Positions 19,024-28,126 are shown, counted from the first letter of the stretch. The stretch: DNA of 64,000 nt from Halioxenophilus sp. WMMB6 (GCF_033283405.1 NZ_JAWMQR010000007.1:148807-212806), one strand, 5' to 3'. Translations and numbers: made by a program. The notes: generated by a model from the letters alone, not told the origin.

Positions 19024-20208
19024 TTAGTAGGGCAGCTGCACCTCGGCAAAGCCGGTCAGAATGGTTTCGCCGGTTTGCGTGGTCATGCGCACCTCAACCT
19101 TCACCACAGGGCAACCGTAGGGAGAGCGATCGATCTTCTCCACCACCTCGCCATCCATATAGGTGATATCGCCTTCAAAGGCGGGGCTGCGGAACTGGGT
19201 TTTGGAGTGCCAGATAAATCCGTTGTGGCCGGCCCAGTAGGCGATGTAATCCACATGCCAGGCGTTCATTGAGGCGCCATAACCGTACATGCCGCCCATG
19301 CCGACCTTGGAGGCCTTCTCCAGGTTGACGTGGCCGCTGGAGGGCCCATGGTAGAGGCCATCGCCCAGGTGCGGGTCGACCTTGCGTGCCTCGTAGTCGT
19401 AGCTCATATCCTCGGCAAAGCCGGCTTTCTGAGTGGCCGGGTCGACCATCCCTTCGGGCACATTCCAGTGCCAGCTGCCCCACATGTTCTGGGTAAAGGC
19501 GCGGTACTCGGTGACGAAGGTGACCACGGTGTGCGGGCCGACCACGCGGCGTGGCAGTTTGTCGCCCACTTTCACGTCGCCGTAGGCGGGTGATTTGCCC
19601 TCGCGGTTGGAGAGTATCCAGTCGTAGCGCAGCTTGCGCACCTCGTCCAGCTCCTCTTTGCTCCACAGTTTCGGGCTTGCCTTTTCGGTACCATAGGCGC
19701 CGCGTTTGTTGGCCTCATCGCGGTTGTAGCGGATGGCGGTGGCTCGTTCACGGGCGATCAATACGCCGTCCTGGTTGCGGTGCTCGGTGTCGCCGCGGCT
19801 GAACACGGTGGGGCCGGCAAAGCCGGTCTGTTTGAGATCGTAGCCATCGAAACGGCGGCTCTGAGTCAGTTTGTCGCCGGGATAGATGTGATTGCCGTAG
19901 AACCACCACTCCTCACCGCCAAAGATCAGGTGTGAGTTCTCAATGTGGCCAACCCCCGCCGGGTGGCAGCCGTGGCCGTAATCCATCGCCACGGCAAAGG
20001 ATTGCGGGGCGACGATGCCGCCGAATTGTGACTCCTTGGCAAAATTCTGATCCCAGTGGATAGGGTTGGGATTATCCATCGCCATTGCCCAACGGCGGAT
20101 ATCGGTGGCGCTGCAGGGCTCCCACAGTTCGGCAAATACGACCGGTTTGCCAACCCACTTATCCAGGTCACTCAGGTCGAGGGTAAATTCGTTGTCGTCG
20201 GCTGCCAT
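19024..20208 (-). CDS. double hot-dog fold (FAS1-like / MaoC-like) dehydratase family protein
   Basis: GGGAGAAG RBS before ATG 20208. C-terminal MaoC-like hotdog (FRSPAFEGDITYMDGEVVE...VRMTTQTGETILTGFAEV). N-terminal second hotdog. Confidence 0.6.
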   Translation of the reverse strand: MAADDNEFTLDLSDLDKWVGKPVVFAELWEPCSATDIRRWAMAMDNPNPIHWDQNFAKESQFGGIVAPQSFAVAMDYGHGCHPAGVGHIENSHLIFGGEEWWFYGNHIYPGDKLTQSRRFDGYDLKQTGFAGPTVFSRGDTEHRNQDGVLIARERATAIRYNRDEANKRGAYGTEKASPKLWSKEELDEVRKLRYDWILSNREGKSPAYGDVKVGDKLPRRVVGPHTVVTFVTEYRAFTQNMWGSWHWNVPEGMVDPATQKAGFAEDMSYDYEARKVDPHLGDGLYHGPSSGHVNLEKASKVGMGGMYGYGASMNAWHVDYIAYWAGHNGFIWHSKTQFRSPAFEGDITYMDGEVVEKIDRSPYGCPVVKVEVRMTTQTGETILTGFAEVQLPY

Positions 20209-20341
20209 CTCTCTTCTCCCATGGTTTTTGTTGGCCGGGCAGGGCAATGCCCTGCTAGTTGTGACGTGACTGATGCCAGTGTACGCTAGCCTGGCAATAG
20301 GTACAGATTCAGTTTTGTGTAACTTAAATGGGTACAGATTG

Positions 20342-21784
20342 ATGGCAACAGCGGGTGACCGGGCAACCCTCTACGAAACCGTCGCCGAAGCGCTGGCAGA
20401 ACAGATTCATGGTGGCTGCTTCCGGCCGGGAGAGAAGATTCCCGGTACCCGGTTGTTGGCCGACACCTTCGGGGTGAGCATCAATACCATCCTGCAGGCG
20501 CAGAAACTGCTGGAGAACTGGAACCTGATTGAGGCCGTCCCCCGCTCTGGTTTCTATGTGAAAGCCTCCTCTCCGCCCGTGCTTGCCCAGGCGCTGAGCC
20601 ACTCGCAAACGCTGATGAAACCAGCTCTGGTGCGCCATCAGCGGCTGGCGTTGGAGCTGATTCAGGCCTCCGGTATGCCCGCTCTGCAGCAGCTCGGCAC
20701 GGCGCTGCCGCATGAAAGCTTTCTACCGCTGGTGGCGCTGGAGCGTATTGCCGCGCGGGTGGCACGCAGCGGCGAGCACGGTTTTGCCAGCTACGAAGTA
20801 CCCCCGGGTTTGCCCAGTCTGCGCGAGGCCCTCGCCCAGCGCATGGTGGGGCTGGGTTGCCGGGTGGCGGCGGACGATATTCTGATCACCAATGGCTGCC
20901 ACGAGGCGCTCTCCCTGGCGTTACGCTGCGTGACTGCAGCCGACGATGTGGTGTTGGTGGAGTCGCCCACCTACTACGGGCTGTTTCAGGTGTTGGATGC
21001 CTTAGGCCTGCGGGCATTGACCATCCCCTGTCATCCGCACACGGGCATCAGTCTGAAGGAGATTCGCAAGGCTTGTGAACAGTGGCCGGTGAAGGCCTGT
21101 ATTCTGCTGAGCAGCTTCGGCGCGCCGCTGGTCAGCTGCCCGCAGGATGAACACAAACAGGCGCTGTTGCAGCTGCTGGCGGAGTTTAGTGTGCCGCTGG
21201 TGGAGGACGATATCTTTGGCGATTTGAGCTTCGACGGCAAACGACCGCCGCCCTATAAAAAATTTGATGACCGGGGTGAGGTACTCTATTGCAGCTCGTT
21301 TTCCAAATCGGTGGCGCCGGGTTTGCGGGTGGGATGGCTGGCCGCTGGTCGCTATGTGGAAAAGGCTAACTACTTGAAGTTTGCTCAGAATATTGCCACG
21401 CCCAAGCTCACCCAGATGGTACTGGCCGAATACCTGCGCCACGGCAGCGTCGATAAACAGATTCGCAAGGTGCGGCGCATCTATGCGGCGAATATTGCCC
21501 AGGTGATTGAATTGATTGAGCGCCTCTTTCCAGCGGGGACGCAAACCTCGCAGCCGCAGGGCGGCTTTATACTGTGGGTAAAATTGCCGGAACACTTTGA
21601 TACCGCCCAACTGTTCCAACAGGCACTGATTAAAAATATTTTTATTGCGCCGGGAAAACTCTTTTCGAGCGATCGCCGTTTCCGAAGTTTCTTGCGCATC
21701 AACTGTGCCCAGCCTTGGGTTACCGTGTTGCAACCGGCGTTAACCACTCTGAGTCAATTTCTGGCAGGCACTAACGTTGGTTAA
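20342..21784 (+). CDS. MocR/PdxR-type GntR-family regulator fused to PLP-dependent aminotransferase domain
   Basis: N-terminal GntR HTH (LYETVAEALAEQIHGGCFRPGEKIPGTRLLADTFGVSINTILQAQKLLE). Long fold-type I aminotransferase domain with SFSKS lysine region. Confidence 0.8.
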   Translation: MATAGDRATLYETVAEALAEQIHGGCFRPGEKIPGTRLLADTFGVSINTILQAQKLLENWNLIEAVPRSGFYVKASSPPVLAQALSHSQTLMKPALVRHQRLALELIQASGMPALQQLGTALPHESFLPLVALERIAARVARSGEHGFASYEVPPGLPSLREALAQRMVGLGCRVAADDILITNGCHEALSLALRCVTAADDVVLVESPTYYGLFQVLDALGLRALTIPCHPHTGISLKEIRKACEQWPVKACILLSSFGAPLVSCPQDEHKQALLQLLAEFSVPLVEDDIFGDLSFDGKRPPPYKKFDDRGEVLYCSSFSKSVAPGLRVGWLAAGRYVEKANYLKFAQNIATPKLTQMVLAEYLRHGSVDKQIRKVRRIYAANIAQVIELIERLFPAGTQTSQPQGGFILWVKLPEHFDTAQLFQQALIKNIFIAPGKLFSSDRRFRSFLRINCAQPWVTVLQPALTTLSQFLAGTNVG

Positions 21785-21790
21785 GCGCAA

Positions 21791-22408
21791 TTACTGGTAG
21801 CTCTGCCCCTGAATTAACAGCTCCATATTGTGCTGTTCAATGGCCAGTGCCTGCTCCATATCGTTCAGCTCTATATGGAGCACGTTAATGTTGTGCTCCA
21901 GAGTGCGCATATCCCGCAGCGCCTGCTCCCGCTCTTCGGCACTGCTCTGGTCATCGGTGAGCACCGCCTCTAGATAGGCGATATCCTCTTCGTGTTGTTG
22001 GATGAGCGAGTGGTGTTGATCCATATCCGACGCTATGCGGTTGATCAGTTGATTTTGCTGGCGTCGTTCCAACCCATGCTGGTAACCCAGCTGGAACTCG
22101 GCGCGGGTGGGCGCTGGGCAAAACTGTGGCAGCACGGCGCCGTTTAAGCCAAAGCCCAGGCCATTGTTGTAGTTGCAAAAGCGCATCAACCCCTGTTCGT
22201 GGCCCTCTTCATAAGCGGCCAGGTCGGGGGTGACACCGGCCTTGGCGCAGGCCTTGCGGTGCTTGGCCAACCACTGACTGCTGCGCCCCAGGCTGCCATC
22301 TTCCAGGCCGATTTGATACCAGTCGGCCACCAGGCACTCCTCTTCAGAGAGGGTCGCACAGCCGGTTAACACCAGTAAAATTGTTGTTAGTAACGTCAGA
22401 CGAATCAT
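21791..22408 (-). CDS. lipoprotein of unknown function (DUF2799-like)
   Basis: Signal peptide plus lipobox LTGC. Cys-containing N-domain and acidic coiled-coil C-terminus. Confidence 0.55.
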   Translation of the reverse strand: MIRLTLLTTILLVLTGCATLSEEECLVADWYQIGLEDGSLGRSSQWLAKHRKACAKAGVTPDLAAYEEGHEQGLMRFCNYNNGLGFGLNGAVLPQFCPAPTRAEFQLGYQHGLERRQQNQLINRIASDMDQHHSLIQQHEEDIAYLEAVLTDDQSSAEEREQALRDMRTLEHNINVLHIELNDMEQALAIEQHNMELLIQGQSYQ

Positions 22409-22583
22409 GGGTGCTCTCTTCGTTATCGGGCAGCCGAGCGGTGGCTGGCACGATCGCTTTTTTATTAAAGTTAGCAGTTTAAAAATAGAGCGTGAACCAT
22501 GGCTGAATTTAGCGACGGACGGTTGAAGATGTGTATTTGCTAATTCAGCGGCGAAGGTGTGGCAATAAACTCTGTTCGGTGCT

Positions 22584-23180
22584 TCAACTGAGGTGGGTAA
22601 TGCGCTCGATATTATGCGACAGGATCTGCGCTACCTCTCGGGCGGGTATCGGTGTTGACTGGCGCAGCCACCAAGCCAAGGTTTCGAGCATGGTGCTCAC
22701 ACTTAAAATAACCTTGAGCTCCAAATACTCTTTATCGCTTGCCGTGTTGGAGGGGGTCAGCACGGTTGCCAGCTGCCGGGAGATATGCAGTAGCTCCGCC
22801 TTTAAAATATTGGCCGCGCCGCCGGTGAGCAGGGTGGTCCAGAGTGTGCGGTGTTGCTGCACATAGTTACACAGCTCCAGCCAGGCGGTATCGATATCCG
22901 TCCCCTCTGTTTTGGGTAGGGTGAGGTTTACGATCCAACGAATTTCGTTGGTGGCGACATCGTTCAACAACGCCTCTTTGGTGCCGTAGTGGCGATAAAA
23001 GGTGGCATGGCCAATACCCGCTGCCGCGGCAATGTCGCGCACCGAAATCTGATCCAGCTGGCGCTCCTCCAGCAGCGCTAAAAAGCCCTTCCGCAACGCT
23101 TCGCGGGTACGAATCTGGCGAGCATCCAGTGGCTGTTTGTCGTTGCTGTCGGTGAGTGGATCCATAGTCGGATTTGGCAT
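22584..23180 (-). CDS. TetR/AcrR-family transcriptional regulator
   Basis: HTH ISVRDIAAAAGIGHATFYRHYGTKEALLNDV. Divergent from the ferredoxin-P450 genes. Start chosen at ATG 23180 (alternative 23165). Confidence 0.75.
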   Translation of the reverse strand: MPNPTMDPLTDSNDKQPLDARQIRTREALRKGFLALLEERQLDQISVRDIAAAAGIGHATFYRHYGTKEALLNDVATNEIRWIVNLTLPKTEGTDIDTAWLELCNYVQQHRTLWTTLLTGGAANILKAELLHISRQLATVLTPSNTASDKEYLELKVILSVSTMLETLAWWLRQSTPIPAREVAQILSHNIERITHLS

Positions 23181-23329
23181 CGGAGTTGGGTGCTTGGTTG
23201 GGCTAACGGGTTGTGTAAATTGGCTGTGACACAGCAATAGCAACGGATTAAGCATGAAACCGCAACAGAGTGCAACCAACCCGGGTTACTGTTCTGGCAT
23301 CTGCAGAAGCCGGCAGCCATTTAATTTCT

Positions 23330-23374
23330 TTGACACGAAGTTGCGCATAAAACTATGATACACCATGTATCATA
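23330..23374 (+). promoter_or_regulatory. sigma70-like promoter (TTGACA-N18-TATGAT) overlapping a 21-bp perfect palindrome TATGATACA-cca-TGTATCATA (candidate TetR operator)
   Basis: Seen directly. The palindrome with 9-bp arms sits on the -10 element, 40 bp upstream of the ferredoxin ATG and divergent from the TetR gene. Confidence 0.45.
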
Positions 23375-23412
23375 ATAATAGAGGGGCACGGTAGCGTGCT
23401 TACTTCGCGCCA

Positions 23413-23763
23413 GTGCCTGCCAGTTATACAATCCGGACGCCGCTAATGTTTGAGATATCGATCACCGATAGGGCAGGTGCCACCAGCACCATTATTTACG
23501 AGCCGGGGATGACGCTTATGCAAGCCATCACCGAGGCGGGTGTGGATGAGCTGTTGGCCTTATGTGGTGGCGTCTGCTCCTGTGGCACCTGCCATGTCTA
23601 TATCGATAAGGAGCAACAGGGCCTCCTGCCGGCCATTTCTATCGATGAAGAGGCGCTGCTAGCGGCTAGTAGCCATCGCCGAACGGCTTCGCGTCTCTCC
23701 TGCCAGTTACCACTAACGGATAAGCATAATGGTTTAACCCTGGTTATCGCCCCGGAAGAGTAA
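23413..23763 (+). CDS. [2Fe-2S] ferredoxin, adrenodoxin/putidaredoxin type (P450 redox partner)
   Basis: CGGVCSCGTCHVYID cluster-binding motif and a 4th Cys (LSCQ) downstream. 116 aa. Confidence 0.85.
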   Translation: MPASYTIRTPLMFEISITDRAGATSTIIYEPGMTLMQAITEAGVDELLALCGGVCSCGTCHVYIDKEQQGLLPAISIDEEALLAASSHRRTASRLSCQLPLTDKHNGLTLVIAPEE

Positions 23764-23858
23764 GTTTCATTAATTTATTCAGCTCGTGCTCCGTTGCTGG
23801 GTAGCGCATTTAAACAGATTAACTCCACCAGAGCCCAATAATAAAAATGGAGGCAGCT

Positions 23859-25136
23859 ATGTCAGTAGCAGCAGTGCTTGAGAAAGACTATTTTACGGAT
23901 TATTCAATTCTCCTCGATCCCTACGAATATTTTGATGCTATGCGTGCGATTGGCCCGGTGTGTGAAATGCCAGCCACGGGTGCCTTGCTGGTTACCGGCT
24001 TTAAAGAGGCGGTGGAGGTTCTGCGCAACAATGTCGATTTCTCCTCCATTAATTCCACGGTTGGGGCCGGTGTGCCATTGCCGTTTGAGCCTAATGGCAG
24101 CGATATCAGTGAACAGCTGGAGCAGCATCGAGACTTCTATGTCGGTGGCGACCTGGTGGTTACCTTTGATGATGGCCGGCACCGGGCACTGCGCTCTATT
24201 GCCAATAAACTGTTCACCCCTTCGCGTTTAAAACAGAACCAGGAGTACATTCACCAGCTGGCCAAAACCATGGTGCAACAAGCGGTAATGCAGGGCGGGT
24301 GTGATCTGGTGAATGATATCGCCACACCGTTTGTAACCTTGGTGATCGCCGATCTATTGGGCGTGCCGGCTGAAGACCGGGAAAAATTCCGGGAGGTGAT
24401 CGACAATGCGCCACCGCCGGGAAATTTGGATCAGTCTGACGCGCCGACCGAAAACTCGCCTCTGGTGTTTATGGGGACCTATTTTTTTCAATATTTGATG
24501 GATCGTAAATCCTCGCCGAAAGCAGATGTGCTGACCGAATTGGCGCAAGCGACCTATCCCGATGGCAGCGAGGCAGATCTGTTGGATATGGTCAAGCTGG
24601 CAACCTTTATGTTTGGTGCAGGCCAGGATACCAGTGCCAAACTGCTCTCCAACGCCATGAAATATATCGTCGATATTCCGGGGCTGCAGGCGCAATTACG
24701 GGCGGATCCGAAATTGATCGGTAATTTTTTGGAAGAGGTTTTGCGGTTGGAGGGCTCGACCAAAGCGACTACCCGCGTTGCCCGCAAGGATACCCAGATT
24801 GGTGAGCGTAAGGTGTCGGCCGGTACGCGGGTGCTGGTGGCGCTGGCAGCGGCTAACCGTGATCCAATGCGTTGGCCAAAGCCCAACACCTTTATTCTTA
24901 ACCGCCCAAAAATAGCGGAGCATGTTGCCTTTGGTCGTGGTGTGCATACCTGTGTGGGCGCACCCCTGGCCAGAACAGAGGTGCGGATCATCCTGGAGCA
25001 CTTCCTGGCTGCAACCCGTGAGATCGGCTTGTGCGAAAGCAATCATGGCTCCGCCAACGCTAGAAAATTTAACTATGAAGCGAGTTTTATTATTCGCGGG
25101 TTAAGCGAATTATTTATTACGTTGGCAGCAAACTAA
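23859..25136 (+). CDS. cytochrome P450
   Basis: GGAGG 5 nt upstream of ATG 23859. Heme-thiolate loop FGRGVHTCVGAPLA, ExxR (EVLRLE) and the I-helix AGQDTS motif. Confidence 0.9.
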   Translation: MSVAAVLEKDYFTDYSILLDPYEYFDAMRAIGPVCEMPATGALLVTGFKEAVEVLRNNVDFSSINSTVGAGVPLPFEPNGSDISEQLEQHRDFYVGGDLVVTFDDGRHRALRSIANKLFTPSRLKQNQEYIHQLAKTMVQQAVMQGGCDLVNDIATPFVTLVIADLLGVPAEDREKFREVIDNAPPPGNLDQSDAPTENSPLVFMGTYFFQYLMDRKSSPKADVLTELAQATYPDGSEADLLDMVKLATFMFGAGQDTSAKLLSNAMKYIVDIPGLQAQLRADPKLIGNFLEEVLRLEGSTKATTRVARKDTQIGERKVSAGTRVLVALAAANRDPMRWPKPNTFILNRPKIAEHVAFGRGVHTCVGAPLARTEVRIILEHFLAATREIGLCESNHGSANARKFNYEASFIIRGLSELFITLAAN

Positions 25137-25175
25137 TTTATATCGCGGCTCATTATTAAATGGAAAAATTATTTG

Positions 25176-25209
25176 ACAGTGGTTTTTCAGTGAGTAGAAT
25201 GCCGCCCAA
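25176..25209 (+). promoter_or_regulatory. candidate sigma70 promoter TTGACA-N16-TAGAAT upstream of rtcB leader
   Basis: Near-consensus hexamers seen directly. Followed by a 9-codon uORF with AGGAGA RBS, a 7-bp hairpin (cttccga...tcggaag) and a T7 run before the rtcB RBS. Confidence 0.35.
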
Positions 25210-25418
25210 ATTCAATTCTTTACAGGAGAACTTTTTAATGCCAGCAGCGAGTAAAAGCAGTAGCTAGTTCTTCCGAGTGTTTCATTCGGAAGGGCCATCA
25301 TTCCTTCCGAGTCAGATCTAAAAGCCCTGACCGGATCTCCAGTTGGGGTTTTTTTATGCCCGTTTGTCGGCCAATAAGCCCCGTATTATTTATACTCATT
25401 TTTGAGTAGGGACTCTTT

Positions 25419-26627
25419 ATGCCTATTAAAATGGAATTAAACAAAAATAGCGGCAACGGTGGTAAGCCGGTAAAAATTTATACGCATGACATTGAACAGA
25501 CAGCACTTACGCAGTTAAAAAATATTGCGCAACTACCATTTATTCACTCCCATATTGCCGCTATGCCGGATGTGCATACTGGTATAGGGGCAACGGTCGG
25601 TTCAGTGATTCCCACCGTGGCTGCCATTATTCCCGCCGCCGTGGGTGTTGATATCGGCTGTGGCATGATGGCAGTACAGCTCTCATTAAACTCGGCACAA
25701 CTGCCCGATGGTTTGGCGGCTATGCGCAGTGCTATTGAGCGGGCCGTGCCGGTGGGGCTGGCAGCACACAAAACGGTTGCTGTGCGGGAGAGCGCCTGCA
25801 AGCGCTTGCAGCCGCAGGTAGAGGCGCTGTTTGAACGCCACCCGCAATTGTTAAAAATGCAGAAGCACCCCAGGCAAACCTGGGCCAAGCAGGTCGCCAC
25901 GTTGGGTTCGGGTAACCACTTTATTGAAGTGTGTATCGACGAATCGAAAAAAGTGTGGGTGATGTTGCACAGTGGTAGTCGCGGGATTGGTAACAGCATC
26001 GGCCGTTACTTTATTCAGTTGGCCAAAAAAGATATGCAAGGTCATATTCATCATCTACCCGACAGAGACCTGGCGTACTTTGCTGAAGGCAATGACCATT
26101 TTGCCGACTATGTGGCGGCGGTGGAGTTTGCCCAGGAGTACGCGCGGATCAATCGGGAAGAGATGATGAAACTGGTGTTGCGCGCTATACAGCCTTTTCT
26201 ACCGGGCTTTGTTCTGCAAAAAGAGGCGATTAATTGTCACCATAATTATGTGGCGCGTGAACACCACTTTGATGCTGACGTGTATGTTACCCGCAAGGGG
26301 GCCATCAATGCCGAGCATGGGCGCTTGGGAATTATTCCCGGCAGTATGGGGGCTAAATCCTACATTGTGCGCGGTAAGGGTGAAGCGGAATCATTTTGCT
26401 CCTGCTCGCACGGTGCCGGCCGCACCATGAGCCGTACTGCGGCGAAAATGCAGTTTCGGCGCGAGGATTTAATTGCTCAGACCCGCGGTGTTGAGTGTCG
26501 TAAGGATGCTCACGTCATTGATGAAATTCCCGCGGCCTACAAAGATATCGACGAGGTGATGACCAATCAAACTGACCTGGTTGATATCGAACACACACTT
26601 AAGCAGGTACTTTGTGTGAAGGGCTAG
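25419..26627 (+). CDS. rtcB: RNA-splicing ligase RtcB (3'-phosphate/5'-hydroxyl RNA ligase)
   Basis: 402 aa. Conserved RtcB motifs (DVHTGIG, GSGNHF, HSGSRGIG, CSHGAGR) seen directly in the translation. Confidence 0.9.
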   Translation: MPIKMELNKNSGNGGKPVKIYTHDIEQTALTQLKNIAQLPFIHSHIAAMPDVHTGIGATVGSVIPTVAAIIPAAVGVDIGCGMMAVQLSLNSAQLPDGLAAMRSAIERAVPVGLAAHKTVAVRESACKRLQPQVEALFERHPQLLKMQKHPRQTWAKQVATLGSGNHFIEVCIDESKKVWVMLHSGSRGIGNSIGRYFIQLAKKDMQGHIHHLPDRDLAYFAEGNDHFADYVAAVEFAQEYARINREEMMKLVLRAIQPFLPGFVLQKEAINCHHNYVAREHHFDADVYVTRKGAINAEHGRLGIIPGSMGAKSYIVRGKGEAESFCSCSHGAGRTMSRTAAKMQFRREDLIAQTRGVECRKDAHVIDEIPAAYKDIDEVMTNQTDLVDIEHTLKQVLCVKG

Positions 26628-26683
26628 CGAGTTAAAGACTAGTACGTAGTGGCGTAACTATTAAATCAAACAAGGAGGAACCA

Positions 26684-26917
26684 ATGGCCAAGCGGCGTAA
26701 TACCCCGCGTAATTTACATGCCTGCCACCCGATCATGGGCAAAGGCGGTGTTCATGAAAAATCCAAGGGCGCCAAGCGCCAGGCGGTCAAGCACGAAACT
26801 CGCCGGAAGTCGAGCGAGTGGCTTGGCCGCTCTCATTTCTATTGGTCAATTTATTGCCGGCAGCGGTTGCAGGCGTGCCGACATTCACTATTGGTGTGTA
26901 TCGGCCCATTGGCCTAA
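26684..26917 (+). CDS. small Lys/Arg-rich protein of unknown function (possibly shorter; 3' end overlaps convergent gene)
   Basis: Strong SD (AAGGAGG, 6 nt spacing) before ATG 26684. N-terminal 50 aa MAKRRNTPRNLHACHPIMGKGGVHEKSKGAKRQAVKHETRRKSSEW is highly basic. The C-terminal 30 aa overlap the hydrolase gene and may be spurious. Confidence 0.3.
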   Translation: MAKRRNTPRNLHACHPIMGKGGVHEKSKGAKRQAVKHETRRKSSEWLGRSHFYWSIYCRQRLQACRHSLLVCIGPLA

Positions 26918-27934
26918 CTCACCTGCTACGCTTTGCCAAACCTGGTAGCCACGGGTACCGGTGCCGAGTGATCCTTCACGGGCGACAATGCCCACATAGT
27001 GGTGTTCAAAATCGATAAACGGGTAGGCGCCGTACGCACCAGCGCTGGAGACCCGGGTGGTGGTATCGCAATTAAACGGAGTGTTGGCGCACTCTATCCA
27101 GTTGCCGAAGCCGTAGTGCCAATCCTGGTCAATATCACCCTCATCCACGGGCGAGAAAGCGATAGTGGCATCGCCAATCTGATCACTGGTCATGGCCGTG
27201 AACAGTGTTGGCGATAATATTTCACCACGGTAGAGCGCCGCGAGAAAATCGAGATATTCACTTGCCTGCCAATGCATACCACCGGCCAAGCGCGGATTGC
27301 TGGCGGATGGCAGATCGTAACTGGCGTTGGCAAACAGCCCGGTGGCGGATGTGAAATAGTCGAATACCGCCTGCCAATCGGCCAACCCCGCAGCCTGAAC
27401 GGCCATTAAGCCGGCTACCTGCAGGTGAGTGCTGGCGTAATAAAACTGACTGCCGGGTGGTGGACTGCCGCTGTTGCTGCTGGCAAGCTGGGCAACGCAG
27501 TTGGCAAAGTCTGCTAGCGGATTATTAATACACAGTGGCTCCTCCGTAAGGCCGGAGGTAAAGCTGAGCAGATCACGCAGAGTGATCTGGGAGAGGTTGC
27601 CGCTGGTGGGCCAAAAGTCGAGATAGGCCTGGGGGTGATCCGAAAGCGATAAAATACCGTCCTCAACCAGCCGCAGAATAATTGTCGCAGTGACCATTTT
27701 GGAAGTGGAGGCGGAACGGTAACTGGTTTCTGCTGTGGAGTTGCCCCGGCTGTAGCTATATTGAGTACCATCGTTGGCCTGTACCAGCAGCGTGAAATCG
27801 CTGTCGGTTGCAATGCTGGAGAGAATCTGTTCAAGCTCGGCTTCGATGGAGGCTTGGCTGCCGGAGCCGCTCGAGCCTCCACAGCTGGCCAGTAACAGAG
27901 CAGCGGCCAGACTGACCAATGACAATCGCTTCAT
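26888..27934 (-). CDS. serine hydrolase, beta-lactamase fold (class C/esterase-like), lipoprotein
   Basis: Signal plus lipobox LLASCGG. Active-site S-x-x-K (SASTSKMVTATII). Confidence 0.8.
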   Translation of the reverse strand: MKRLSLVSLAAALLLASCGGSSGSGSQASIEAELEQILSSIATDSDFTLLVQANDGTQYSYSRGNSTAETSYRSASTSKMVTATIILRLVEDGILSLSDHPQAYLDFWPTSGNLSQITLRDLLSFTSGLTEEPLCINNPLADFANCVAQLASSNSGSPPPGSQFYYASTHLQVAGLMAVQAAGLADWQAVFDYFTSATGLFANASYDLPSASNPRLAGGMHWQASEYLDFLAALYRGEILSPTLFTAMTSDQIGDATIAFSPVDEGDIDQDWHYGFGNWIECANTPFNCDTTTRVSSAGAYGAYPFIDFEHHYVGIVAREGSLGTGTRGYQVWQSVAGELGQWADTHQ

Positions 27935-28126
27935 TTTTGGATACCCGTTTATTCAGATAAGTGAATAGCGCCAAACCGAAGTGGTTGTTGGAAAGCGCCC
28001 TACGGTTGCAGCGCTTTAGAATAATACGGATGCTATCGGGTTCCAGTGGCGACACTCTGACGTGTGCTTAATGAGACTAGTGTGACAAAAAATTCGCGGT
28101 AGCCTTTTTTATTGGTGCCCGCTGGC

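Noticed and set aside
22470-22520. 8-bp inverted repeat GCTGAATT...AATTCAGC with a 31-nt spacer downstream of the TetR gene.
   Set aside because: The spacer is too long for a stable terminator or a typical operator. It is probably fortuitous.
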